Shown here piece after piece: positions 1 through 9,738 of a stretch of 64,000 bases of DNA (the first letter of the stretch is position 1; every line of letters begins with the position of its first letter). The notes under the pieces are model-generated. The model was not told the DNA's origin, did not search any database, and was given only the letters and a program-made list of their open reading frames with translations. Origin of the DNA: Elusimicrobiota bacterium (GTDB lineage: Bacteria; Elusimicrobiota; Elusimicrobia; Elusimicrobiales; UBA9959); assembly GCA_016207645.1 (NCBI GenBank), contig JACQPH010000045.1, positions 6,610 to 70,609 of the forward strand, given 5' to 3'. The translations under genes were made by a program, and so were the position numbers.

Positions 1-1013
1 ACCCCAGGAGCCTGATAGCGCTGCGCCTGCTGGCGCAGAACACGCTGGAACTCCCCAAGGACTTCGTGAAGGAACGCCTGGCCGCCGCGCTGGAATACCG
101 CGAGACCCTGGGCGTTTCGCGCGCCTGCCGGGTCTGCTTCGGGGAATCCGACGGCCTGCCCGGCCTGGTGGTGGACCGCTACGGCGACGCCGTGGTGGCG
201 GAGATCCTCTCCGCCGGCATGGAGCTGCTCAAGGACGAGGTCACGGCCGCCCTCACCGACCTGCTCCGCCCCCGCGGCATCGCCTACAGGAACACCCACC
301 AGTTCCGCGAGCTGGAAGGCCTCCGCTCCTACGAGGAGACAGCTTTCGGGGTCATGCCGGAGAAAGCGAAGATAACCGAGAACGGCCTGGAGTACTGGGT
401 GCCGATGGCGGGCGGGCAGAAGACCGGCTGGTACTTCGACCAGCGGGAGAACCGGGAAGCCCTCGCGCCTTTTTTCAAGGGGCGCAGGGTGCTGGACCTG
501 CATACCTACCTCGGGGCTTTCGCGCTGACGGCCGCCAGGGCCGGCGCCGAGGCGGTCTGGGCCGTGGACTCCTCGGAGAAGGCGATAGAGCTGGCGGAGG
601 AGAACGCCGCCCTCAACAAGCTCGAAAAGAAAGTGCTCTTCCGGAAGGAAAAAGCGGAGCGCGTCCTGGAGGCCCTGGAAGCCGGGCAGCTGCCGGAAGC
701 CCCCGATTTCATCCTGCTCGACCCGCCCAACATCGTGCGCAACAAGAAGCACCTGCCGCAGGCCCTGAAGATGCTGGGCCGCATGGCCGGCGCCGCCATG
801 AAGGCCCTGCCGAAGGGCGGCTACCTGGCCGTCTCCACCTGCTCGCACCATATCTCCAGGGGGCTGTTCATGGAAACCCTCGCCGGGGCCGCGGCCAGGG
901 CGGGCCGGAAGGCCGTGGTGGCGGAACTGCGCGGCCAGGCCAAGGACCACCCGGTGCTGCTCAGCATGCCCGAGACCGAGTACCTGCATTTCGCGCTGCT
1001 CCGCGTCGTTTGA
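1..1013 (+). CDS. Class I SAM-dependent RNA methyltransferase (RlmI/YccW-like), 5' end cut by window edge
   Basis: ORF 66..1013 stays open in the same frame back to nt 3 (..LELPKDFVKERL..), so the N-terminus lies upstream. Motifs GLPGLVVDRY, QKTGWYFDQRENR, VLDLHTYLGAF (SAM pocket), ILLDPP and STCSHH fit RlmI-type enzymes. Confidence 0.75.
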   Translation, partial: PRSLIALRLLAQNTLELPKDFVKERLAAALEYRETLGVSRACRVCFGESDGLPGLVVDRYGDAVVAEILSAGMELLKDEVTAALTDLLRPRGIAYRNTHQFRELEGLRSYEETAFGVMPEKAKITENGLEYWVPMAGGQKTGWYFDQRENREALAPFFKGRRVLDLHTYLGAFALTAARAGAEAVWAVDSSEKAIELAEENAALNKLEKKVLFRKEKAERVLEALEAGQLPEAPDFILLDPPNIVRNKKHLPQALKMLGRMAGAAMKALPKGGYLAVSTCSHHISRGLFMETLAGAAARAGRKAVVAELRGQAKDHPVLLSMPETEYLHFALLRVV

Positions 1014-1042
1014 ACGCGGGCCGCGCGCACCTGAAAGAAGAA

Positions 1043-1070
1043 CAGGGCCGGAAGGCCCTGCTCTTTTTTT
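1043..1070. terminator. Intrinsic terminator hairpin between convergent genes
   Basis: CAGGGCC-GGAA-GGCCCTG stem-loop followed by CTCTTTTTTT. It lies between the + strand methyltransferase stop and the - strand receiver gene stop. Confidence 0.6.
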
Positions 1071-1083
1071 ACTCCGACGCCGC

Positions 1084-1452
1084 TTAAATTATACTTTTTA
1101 CCACCTTGAGGATCTCCGTTTTGCTGGAAGGCTTGGTGATATAGGTCTTGGCCCCGTAGCCGATGGCCTGCTGTATCTCGTGGATGCTGCCCTCCACCGT
1201 CAGCATCACTACCGGCACGCTCCGGGTCACCTTATCCGACTTGATCTCCTTGCAGGCCTTCAGGCCGTCCATTACCGGCATATGGATGTCCAGCATCACC
1301 AGCGCGGGGAGCTCCTTGCGGGCCAGCTCCACGGCCTCCAGGCCGTTCTCGGCCCTAATGACGGTATAGCCCTCGCTCTCGAGCATGGTGGCGAGCAGCA
1401 GGCGCATATCGGCGTCGTCGTCGGCGATAAGGATCTTGTTATGGAGGGGCAT
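1084..1452 (-). CDS. Stand-alone response regulator receiver (CheY-like)
   Basis: ORF 1084..1506 trimmed to Met of MPLHNKILIADDD because the upstream part overlaps tRNA-Phe. AGGAG sits 7 nt before ATG 1452. Receiver residues: DDD, LDIHMPVMDG, MLTV, KP. Confidence 0.85.
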   Translation of the reverse strand: MPLHNKILIADDDADMRLLLATMLESEGYTVIRAENGLEAVELARKELPALVMLDIHMPVMDGLKACKEIKSDKVTRSVPVVMLTVEGSIHEIQQAIGYGAKTYITKPSSKTEILKVVKSII

Positions 1453-1476
1453 CACCAGTCTCCTGAAAACGGAATT

Positions 1477-1548
1477 TGCCGCGGGCTGGGATCGAACCAG
1501 CGACACCTGGTTTTTCAGACCAGTGCTCTACCACTGAGCTACCGCGGC
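1477..1548 (-). tRNA. tRNA-Phe (anticodon GAA)
   Basis: The reverse complement folds as a cloverleaf: acceptor GCCGCGG/CCGCGGC, D arm GCTC-AGTGGTA-GAGC, anticodon arm CTGGT-CTGAAAA-ACCAG, variable GTGTC, T arm GCTGG-TTCGATC-CCAGC, discriminator A. CCA is not encoded. Confidence 0.9.
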
Positions 1549-1609
1549 AAAAGGTGGTAAGTACCGCGCCTTCAATAGTAGCATTTTTTGAAAACGCTGT
1601 TAACCGGAC

Positions 1610-2629
1610 CTATTTCAGCTCCAGCACGTCGTAGAGGCCGGGGCCGTAGGAGATCAGCCGCACTTTCGGGTTAGGGTAGACGGCGCAGACCTTGTCCAGG
1701 GTGGCCAGGAACTTCCTCGCCTGCCCGGTGAAGCTTTTTACGCCGCGGGAAATATCGGCCCCCTCCAGCAGGTCTATATGGGTTATGGCGAGCCTGGTGG
1801 CGGAATTTATGCTGACGGTCCGGCGGGCTACGCCCATGTCGAAACCGCCCACGCGGCGCAGGCGGCCGCTGACGCTGCCGACCTCGCGGCCGGCGGTGTG
1901 GTACCTGGAAAGGACCTTTTTATCCTTTATCTCGTCCGCGACCATACCGGGCCCCACGCGGGTGACATAGGGCTTGAACACGGCGTAGACCTCTCCGGCG
2001 TATTTCGGCCCCAGCCCGGCTTCGCCCAGGAAGGTGGAGGCGGTGGTGTCGCGCGAGGTCACGAAAGGGTACTCCCCGTGCAGGTTCGAAAGCTTCATCC
2101 CCTGCGTGCCCTCCAGCAGCATCCTGGAGCCCTTCGCCAGCGCCCTGTTCAGCAGCTCCGGCACGTCCTTGATATATTTCTTCAGGCGCGGCTCGTCCTT
2201 GGCGAAGCGCAGCTTCTTGCGGTCCACCCGGTCGCGCACCGCGGCGCCCAGGCCGGTGCCTACGCTGCCTATCTTCCCCATCATGCGCGCGTCGCCGCGC
2301 TCGGCGGCGGTATGGCGCGGCTCGATGATCACGGCGTGCGGATCGATGAGCAGGCGGTCTTGTACCCCGGTGAGCTTTATCTCCTTTTCCAGCCAGTCCG
2401 TTATTATGTAGGTGCCGGCGCCGAGGACCATTTTGGCCCGCTTATTGACGAAACCGCCGGGCATGGTCTTGAGCGTATAGATCTTATCGTTAAAGAATAT
2501 AGTGTGCCCGGCGTTCGGGCCGCCCACCCTGATGGAATAATCGTAATCCCCCCGGCTCGCCAGATACGCGCAGATCTTGCCCTTACCCTCGTCTCCGCCC
2601 TGGCCGCCCACAACTATATCGACAGGCAT
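1610..2629 (-). CDS. purA: Adenylosuccinate synthetase, short (archaeal-type, 339 aa) form
   Basis: GGQGGDEGKGK P-loop and GPNAGHT motifs. Stop/start is adjacent to purB. Confidence 0.9.
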   Translation of the reverse strand: MPVDIVVGGQGGDEGKGKICAYLASRGDYDYSIRVGGPNAGHTIFFNDKIYTLKTMPGGFVNKRAKMVLGAGTYIITDWLEKEIKLTGVQDRLLIDPHAVIIEPRHTAAERGDARMMGKIGSVGTGLGAAVRDRVDRKKLRFAKDEPRLKKYIKDVPELLNRALAKGSRMLLEGTQGMKLSNLHGEYPFVTSRDTTASTFLGEAGLGPKYAGEVYAVFKPYVTRVGPGMVADEIKDKKVLSRYHTAGREVGSVSGRLRRVGGFDMGVARRTVSINSATRLAITHIDLLEGADISRGVKSFTGQARKFLATLDKVCAVYPNPKVRLISYGPGLYDVLELK

Positions 2630-2630
2630 T

Positions 2631-4073
2631 TTATGCTCCTTTCGCGAGTTCAGCCGAAAGCCCCGTGTAGTTAAGGGGCGTGAGCCGCTTCAGTTCCGCC
2701 TTTACCGCGGGCCTGAGCTTAAGCCCGTCGATGAATTCCGCCAGCCCGGCGGCGGTGACTTCGCGGCCGCGGGTGAACTTGCCGAGCAGTTCGTAGGGCC
2801 CGGTCTCGCCTTCCCGCCTGAGTATGGTCTGTATGCCCTCGGCCAGCACCTCCGGGTGCCGTTCCAGCTCGGCGCCGGCGGCGGCTTCGTCGACGGCGGC
2901 GCGGGAAAGGCCGGTCAGCACGGACCCGTAAGCCGCCAGCCCATGGCCCAGGGCCGCGCCGAAATTGCGCTCCACGGTGGAGTCCGAGAGGTCCCGCTGC
3001 AGGCGTGAAACCGGCAGCTTAGAGGAGAAAAAGCCCAGCAGCGCGTTGGCCAGGCCCAGGTTCCCTTCCGCGTTCTCGAAATGGATAGGGTTCACCTTCT
3101 GCGGCATAGTCGAGGAGCCGACTTCCCCGGCCACGGCCTTCTGCTTCACCAGCCCGGCGGAGATATAGCGCCACATATCCTGGCAGAAAGCCAGCAGGAT
3201 CGTGTTGGCGCGGCGCAGATTGTCGAAGAGCTCGGCGTAGCTGTCATGCGGCTCTATCTGCGTGGTGAACAGATTGCACTCCAGCGCGGGGCCCGCACTT
3301 TTTCCCGTGCCCGGGCCAAAGTGCGGGCCAAGCCCCTTCGCGGAGTTGAAGCTTTCTATGAATTCTTCGGAAAACTTCCGCCAGTCGGCGGCGGGAAAGG
3401 CCGCGGCGTGGGCGTTGTAATTGCCGGAGGCCCCGTTCAGCTTGGCGCAGATGCGGGCGGCTTTAAGCTGTTCCACCTGCCGGCCCAGCCGGGCGTGGAA
3501 AACCCTGAACTCCTTGCCGAAGGTGGTGGGCACGGCGGGCTGGCCGTGGGTGCGGGCCAGCAGCGGGGCGGCGGCGTGCCTTACGGCCAGCGCGTCCAGG
3601 ACCGCCAGGATCTCCTCCAGGGCGGGGATGACCTCGGCGGTCAAAGCGTCCCTTAGCATCAGCGCGTAAGAAATGTTGTTCACGTCCTCGGAAGTGAGGG
3701 CGAAATGGACGAACTCGGTTATGTCCCGCAGCGAAGTGCGGCGCAGTTTTTCTTTGATGAAATACTCGACCGCTTTCACGTCGTGCTTTGTCGGCGGGAC
3801 CCGGCCCGAGCCGGTCTCCTCCAGGGCTACTACTTCAAGCGCGTCCCTGTCGGAAAGGGCCGGTAATTTTTCCAGGATGGCTTTCTCGGAGGGCTTGAGA
3901 CGCCTTATGCGCAGGCCGGGGGTGGCGCAGAGTTTCAGCAGGTAGCGGCATTCCACCTGCGCGCGGTAACGCGCCAGCGCGCCTTCGCCGAAGGCCCGGC
4001 CCAGACTTCCCAGTTTGCCGGAATATCTCCCGTCCAGAGGGCTGACCGCGTTCATGTTGCGCTGCGCCTGCAT
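2631..4073 (-). CDS. purB: Adenylosuccinate lyase
   Basis: ORF 2631..4142 trimmed to ATG 4073 (GGAGG 7 nt upstream). N-terminal SPLDGRY and the fumarate-lyase signature GSSTMPQKVNP are present. Confidence 0.9.
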   Translation of the reverse strand: MQAQRNMNAVSPLDGRYSGKLGSLGRAFGEGALARYRAQVECRYLLKLCATPGLRIRRLKPSEKAILEKLPALSDRDALEVVALEETGSGRVPPTKHDVKAVEYFIKEKLRRTSLRDITEFVHFALTSEDVNNISYALMLRDALTAEVIPALEEILAVLDALAVRHAAAPLLARTHGQPAVPTTFGKEFRVFHARLGRQVEQLKAARICAKLNGASGNYNAHAAAFPAADWRKFSEEFIESFNSAKGLGPHFGPGTGKSAGPALECNLFTTQIEPHDSYAELFDNLRRANTILLAFCQDMWRYISAGLVKQKAVAGEVGSSTMPQKVNPIHFENAEGNLGLANALLGFFSSKLPVSRLQRDLSDSTVERNFGAALGHGLAAYGSVLTGLSRAAVDEAAAGAELERHPEVLAEGIQTILRREGETGPYELLGKFTRGREVTAAGLAEFIDGLKLRPAVKAELKRLTPLNYTGLSAELAKGA

Positions 4074-4197
4074 AGGATCGCCTCCATAAAAAAACACCCC
4101 GTTCCGCGTTCGCAAGAACTGCCCGGAGCGGGGGTCTTGCAAGTAATTTTAACACAAAAAAGCTCGCCGTGTAAAATCCGCCCGGAGCCGAAAGTTT

Positions 4198-4206
4198 TGC
4201 TACAAT
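4198..4206 (+). promoter_or_regulatory. Extended -10 promoter (TGCTACAAT) 6 nt upstream of the kinase ATG (possible leaderless mRNA)
   Basis: TGC-TACAAT at 4198..4206, then ATCCCC, then ATG 4213. No Shine-Dalgarno can fit in 6 nt. Confidence 0.35.
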
Positions 4207-4212
4207 ATCCCC

Positions 4213-5307
<1,095 letters not shown>

Positions 5308-5318
5308 GCCGCGTGCCC

Positions 5319-7487
5319 TTAGTGCCGGAAATGCCTGACCCCGGTCAGCACCATGGCTACCCCCAGCTTGTCGGCGGTTTCCACCACTTCATCGTCCCTC
5401 AGGGACCCGCCGGGGTGTATCACGGCGGTAGCCCCCAGCTTCACCCCCTCCTCGAGCGCGTCGGGGAAAGGGAAGAAAGCGTCCGAGGCCATGACCAAAG
5501 TCTCCGGACGGGGATTATCCTTTAAAAAGGCTTCCAGCTTATGCCCGGCCATGAAGACCGAGTCCAGCCGGGACATCTGCCCCGCCCCGATGCCGACGGT
5601 GCGCTTGTTGTCGGAGAGGACTATGGCGTTCGAGCGCACGTACTTGGCCGCCGTCCAGGCGAAGCGCAGCGCCTCCTCCTCTTCCGCGGTAGGCTTCCGC
5701 CTGGTAGGGACCTCCCATTTATCGCCGAGCAGCAGTTTATCGTCGGTACTGACCAGCACTTCGTCGCCGATCGAGCGCAGCACCAGGTTGTCGGCCGGGA
5801 AGCTGTCCCATTTAAGCAGGCGCAGATTGGTCTTCTTCGCGAAGATCGCCAGCGCTTTCTCGTCGTAGTCCGGCGCGCAGACGACTTCCACGAACCTCCT
5901 GGCCAGGAACTCGGCTATGCGCCCGTCCAGCCTGCGGTTCAGGGCGATTATCCCGCCGAAGGCGGAGAGCGGGTCGGTGCTCCACGCCCTTTCGAAGGCC
6001 TCCGCTATGTCCGCGCCGGTGCCGACCCCGCAGGGCGTGACATGTTTGAAGATGACCGCCGCCGGTTTCTCGAACTCCCGCACCGCCTGGTAAGTGCCGT
6101 AGGCGTCGAGGATATTATTATAGGAGAGCTCCTTTCCCTGCAGCTGGGCGAAGGGAAGTTTTTCCTTCCTGGAATAAAGCGCGCAGGCCTGGTGCGGGTT
6201 CTCGCCGTAGCGCAGCTCGCGCACCTTTGTCAGCGGGACCGCGAGGCTGGGCGGGAAGCCGGCGGACGCCGTCTTCGAATGCGCGGCGGCGATAGCCCCG
6301 TCGTAGGCGGCGGTATGGGCGAAGGCCTTGACGGCCAGCTCTTTTTTGAGTTCAAGGGGCAGGCTCCCCGAACCCGCTTTCAGCGCCGCCAGGACCGGGG
6401 CGTAATCGGCCGGCGAGGTCAGCACCGCCACCGACCGGTAGTTCTTGCCCGCGGCGCGCAGCAGAGCCACGCCGCCGATATCTATGTTCTCTATCAGTTC
6501 CTCCGACCACGGAGCGGCTTTTTTGGCCGTCTCGGCGAAGGGATAAAGGTTCACCACCACCATGTCTATGGGCTCAATGCCGAATTTGAAGACCGTCCCG
6601 GCGTGGACGGAATTATCCCGCCGGTAAAGGATCCCGCCGTGCACGGCCGGGTGCAGGGTCTTCACCCTGCCGTCGAGCATCTCGGGAAAGCCGGTAAGGG
6701 TCTCGAGAGCGCGCACCGGCACGCCCGCTTCCTTCAGGAGTTTATAAGTGCCGGAAGTGGAGACCACCTCCACGCCTTCGGCGGCCAGGCCGCGGCAGAA
6801 TTCCACCGCGCCGCTCTTGTCGGAAACCGAGATCAGGGCGCGCCGCACTTTCCCGGTCTCGGGCGCCGGTCCGGAAAGCTCCACCTTGCGGCCTTTGACT
6901 TTAAGGAGGTCCGCGCAGAATAAAGCGGCGGCTTTAGGATAGACGGCCAGCTCGGCGGTATTTACTCTTTTAGCCAGGTCTTCGGGGGTGTCGCCCGGCA
7001 ATACGGGCACGGGCTGCTGGAGTATTATGGGCCCGCAGTCGTAGTTCTCGTCTACGAAATGCACGGTGACCCCGCTTACTTTCGCGCCGGACGCTATGAC
7101 GGCTTCGTGGACTTTGAGGCCGTAGAAGCCTTTCCCGCCGAAGGCCGGCAGCAGCGCCGGGTGGACGTTCATTATCCTGCCGCTGAAGGCGGAGAGGAGC
7201 CTGGGACCGAGTTTGAGCATGAAGCCCGCCAGGCAGACCAGGTCGGCCTTATGCTTCAGGCAGAGGCCGGCGAGATGCTCGTCATAAGCTTCGGGGGTCT
7301 TGAAATCACCGGGAACGGCGGTTTCGGCCGGGATCCCGGCTTTGGCCGCGCGCTCAAGCGCGCCGGCGCCGGGCTTGCTGGAAACGACCAGGGCTATTAT
7401 TCCCTTTATACGCCCATCCCTGGCCGCGTCTATCAAAGCCTGCAGATTAGTGCCGCCGCCGGAAGCGAAAACGACTATATTTTTCAT
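5319..7487 (-). CDS. purN-purH: Fusion of GAR transformylase (PurN) with AICAR transformylase/IMP cyclohydrolase (PurH)
   Basis: Residues ~1-200: FASGGGTNL, NVHPALLPAFGG, HFVDENYDCGPII (PurN). Remainder: ALISVSDKSG MGS-like IMP cyclohydrolase domain and a long AICARFT domain. It is one uninterrupted 722-aa ORF. Confidence 0.85.
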   Translation of the reverse strand: MKNIVVFASGGGTNLQALIDAARDGRIKGIIALVVSSKPGAGALERAAKAGIPAETAVPGDFKTPEAYDEHLAGLCLKHKADLVCLAGFMLKLGPRLLSAFSGRIMNVHPALLPAFGGKGFYGLKVHEAVIASGAKVSGVTVHFVDENYDCGPIILQQPVPVLPGDTPEDLAKRVNTAELAVYPKAAALFCADLLKVKGRKVELSGPAPETGKVRRALISVSDKSGAVEFCRGLAAEGVEVVSTSGTYKLLKEAGVPVRALETLTGFPEMLDGRVKTLHPAVHGGILYRRDNSVHAGTVFKFGIEPIDMVVVNLYPFAETAKKAAPWSEELIENIDIGGVALLRAAGKNYRSVAVLTSPADYAPVLAALKAGSGSLPLELKKELAVKAFAHTAAYDGAIAAAHSKTASAGFPPSLAVPLTKVRELRYGENPHQACALYSRKEKLPFAQLQGKELSYNNILDAYGTYQAVREFEKPAAVIFKHVTPCGVGTGADIAEAFERAWSTDPLSAFGGIIALNRRLDGRIAEFLARRFVEVVCAPDYDEKALAIFAKKTNLRLLKWDSFPADNLVLRSIGDEVLVSTDDKLLLGDKWEVPTRRKPTAEEEEALRFAWTAAKYVRSNAIVLSDNKRTVGIGAGQMSRLDSVFMAGHKLEAFLKDNPRPETLVMASDAFFPFPDALEEGVKLGATAVIHPGGSLRDDEVVETADKLGVAMVLTGVRHFRH

Positions 7488-7505
7488 TGGATTCCTTCGA
7501 TCGCT

Positions 7506-8474
7506 TTACTTCAGGATCACTTCGTTCCTGCCCTTCACTATTTCACCTATCACAACGGCGTCTTCCAGCGTTTTCAGGGCGGTTTTTACGGCTTCTTTGC
7601 GGACCACGGCTATCATGCCGAGGCCCATATTGAAAGAATCCCACATATCGGCTTCGGGGATGTTCCCGAGGCTTTGTATTTCGCGCATTATCGACGGGGT
7701 TTTCCAGGAATCTTTATAGACCGCGGCGGACATGGTCCTGGGCAGCACGCGCGGCAGGTTGCCGGGGATGCCGGAGCCGGTAATATGGGCCAAAGCGAGC
7801 ACGTCGTATTTCCGCCGGCGCAGCGCCGCGCGCAGCTTATTCACGTCCTTCACATAGATCCGCGTCGGAGTAAGCAGCCTGGAAGCGTATTTCTTAAGCA
7901 GCTTCTTCTCCCCCAGCACTTTCCTTATCAGCGAGAAGCCGTTGGAGTGGAAGCCGGTGGACTTCAGCCCTATCAGGACATCCCCGGGGCGCACCTTCTT
8001 CCCGTCGAGTATCTCCGAGTTCTTTACGATGCCCACCGAGAAGCCCGCGAGGTCGTATTCTCCCGGCTGGTAGAAGCCCGGCATCTCCGCCGTTTCACCG
8101 CCGAGCAGCGCCGATTCCCCCTGCCGGCAGCCTTCCAGGATGCCCTCTATGATCTTCTTCGAGCGGCCCAGGTCCAGCTTGCCGGTAGCGTAGTAATCGA
8201 GAAAGATCATCGGCCGGGCCCCGCAGCAGAGCAGGTCATTGACGCACATCGCGACCAGGTCGATCCCGATAGTATTATGCTTATCCAGCATAAAAGCCAG
8301 CTTCAGCTTCGTTCCCACCCCGTCGGTGGAGGCGACAATACTGTATTTACCCTTAGTTTCGTCTATCGACAGCAGCCCCGCAAAACCGCCGATAGCCTTG
8401 GACTTCTTCTCCAGGAATTCCGTGAATTTATCCGACAGCTTAATATCCACCCCGCTCTTCTTATAAGTCGTCAT
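7506..8474 (-). CDS. purM: Phosphoribosylformylglycinamidine cyclo-ligase (AIR synthetase)
   Basis: YKKSGVDI N-terminus, DGVGTK. Length and operon position fit PurM. Confidence 0.9.
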   Translation of the reverse strand: MTTYKKSGVDIKLSDKFTEFLEKKSKAIGGFAGLLSIDETKGKYSIVASTDGVGTKLKLAFMLDKHNTIGIDLVAMCVNDLLCCGARPMIFLDYYATGKLDLGRSKKIIEGILEGCRQGESALLGGETAEMPGFYQPGEYDLAGFSVGIVKNSEILDGKKVRPGDVLIGLKSTGFHSNGFSLIRKVLGEKKLLKKYASRLLTPTRIYVKDVNKLRAALRRRKYDVLALAHITGSGIPGNLPRVLPRTMSAAVYKDSWKTPSIMREIQSLGNIPEADMWDSFNMGLGMIAVVRKEAVKTALKTLEDAVVIGEIVKGRNEVILK

Positions 8475-8487
8475 TAAAATCCTCCAC

Positions 8488-9738
8488 TCACTTCCCGATA
8501 TCCTTCCTGTACTGCATCCCTTTGAAATTTATCGCCGCGGCGGCCTCGTAGGCTTTCCGCCGCGCCTCTTCCGGATCCTTCCCTGTCGCCGTCACGGAAA
8601 GGACGCGCCCGCCGTTGGTATAGTAGCTGTCACCTTTTTTTACCGTCCCGGCGTGAAAGACCAGCGCGTCCGCGGGGACTTTGTAGAGGCCGGAGATCTC
8701 TTTCCCCTTTTCAGGGTTCTCCGGATAGCCGCCGGCGGCGAGCACCACGGAAACACAGGCCTGATCCGAAATTTCCAGTTCCCTGCCCGCCAGATTCCCC
8801 TCGGCGCAGGCTTTCAGCAGCGCCAGCAGGTCGCTCTTGATCAGGGGCAGCACCGACTGGGTCTCCGGGTCGCCGAAGCGGCAGTTGAACTCCAGCGTCC
8901 TGGGACCGTCCGGAGTGAACATCAGCCCGGCGAAGATCACGCCGCAGAAAGGAATGCGCTCTTTTTTAACCCCGTCCACGAAACGCTGCAGGATCTCATT
9001 CCGGACCGTCTCCAGGTCGGCGGGAGTAATTTCCGCCGGACAGACCGCGCCCATTCCGCCCGTATTCGGCCCGGCGTCGCCGTCCAGCAGCCGCTTATGG
9101 TCCCTCGCCGGCGGCAGCATCAGGAAAGACTCGCCGTCCACCAGGGCCATCACCGAGGCCTCCCTGCCGGTCAGGAACTCCTCCATCACCACCTTGGAGC
9201 CGGAAGAGCCGAAGATCCGCTTCTCCATAAGATCCGAAACCGCCGCCAGAGCTTCGGCCTCGTCCGCGCAGATGCGCACGCCTTTCCCGGCCGCCAGCCC
9301 GTCCGCCTTGATGACCACCGGGTATTTCCTGTTCTCTTTTATCTTCTCCCTGGCGAAGGAAGCGTCGTACAGCACCGAAAAAGAGGCTGTGGGAATGGAG
9401 TTCCTGTCCATGAACTCCTTGGCGAACTGCTTTGAGGCCTCCAGCATAGCGCCGCGCTGGGAGGGACCGAAAACTTTTATGCCTTTGCCCGTCAGGAAAT
9501 CGCTTATCCCCTTCGCCAGCGGGGCTTCGGGCCCCACCACCACGAGCTCTATCTTATTCGCGGCGCAGTAAGCGTGTATCTTCCGGAAGTCGTCCTGGTC
9601 TATGTCGGGGCAGTCCGCCAGGCCCTTAATAGCGGCTGAGCCCGGAATTGAGTGCAGTTTCCCGAGCAGCGGGCTTTGCTTCAGCTTCCAGGCCAGCGCG
9701 TGCTCCCGGCCGCCGGAGCCGATCAGCAGTACGTTCAC
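8488..9738 (-). CDS. purD: Phosphoribosylamine-glycine ligase
   Basis: MNVLLIGSGGREHALAWKL N-terminus, ATP-grasp core, GPNTGGMG, NCRFGDPE. Confidence 0.9.
   Translation of the reverse strand: MNVLLIGSGGREHALAWKLKQSPLLGKLHSIPGSAAIKGLADCPDIDQDDFRKIHAYCAANKIELVVVGPEAPLAKGISDFLTGKGIKVFGPSQRGAMLEASKQFAKEFMDRNSIPTASFSVLYDASFAREKIKENRKYPVVIKADGLAAGKGVRICADEAEALAAVSDLMEKRIFGSSGSKVVMEEFLTGREASVMALVDGESFLMLPPARDHKRLLDGDAGPNTGGMGAVCPAEITPADLETVRNEILQRFVDGVKKERIPFCGVIFAGLMFTPDGPRTLEFNCRFGDPETQSVLPLIKSDLLALLKACAEGNLAGRELEISDQACVSVVLAAGGYPENPEKGKEISGLYKVPADALVFHAGTVKKGDSYYTNGGRVLSVTATGKDPEEARRKAYEAAAAINFKGMQYRKDIGK

Noticed and set aside
1453-1506. Upstream Met of the receiver-domain ORF (MSLVRSQPAANSVFRRLV..)
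   Set aside because: This segment is the reverse complement of tRNA-Phe. An SD precedes the internal ATG at 1452.
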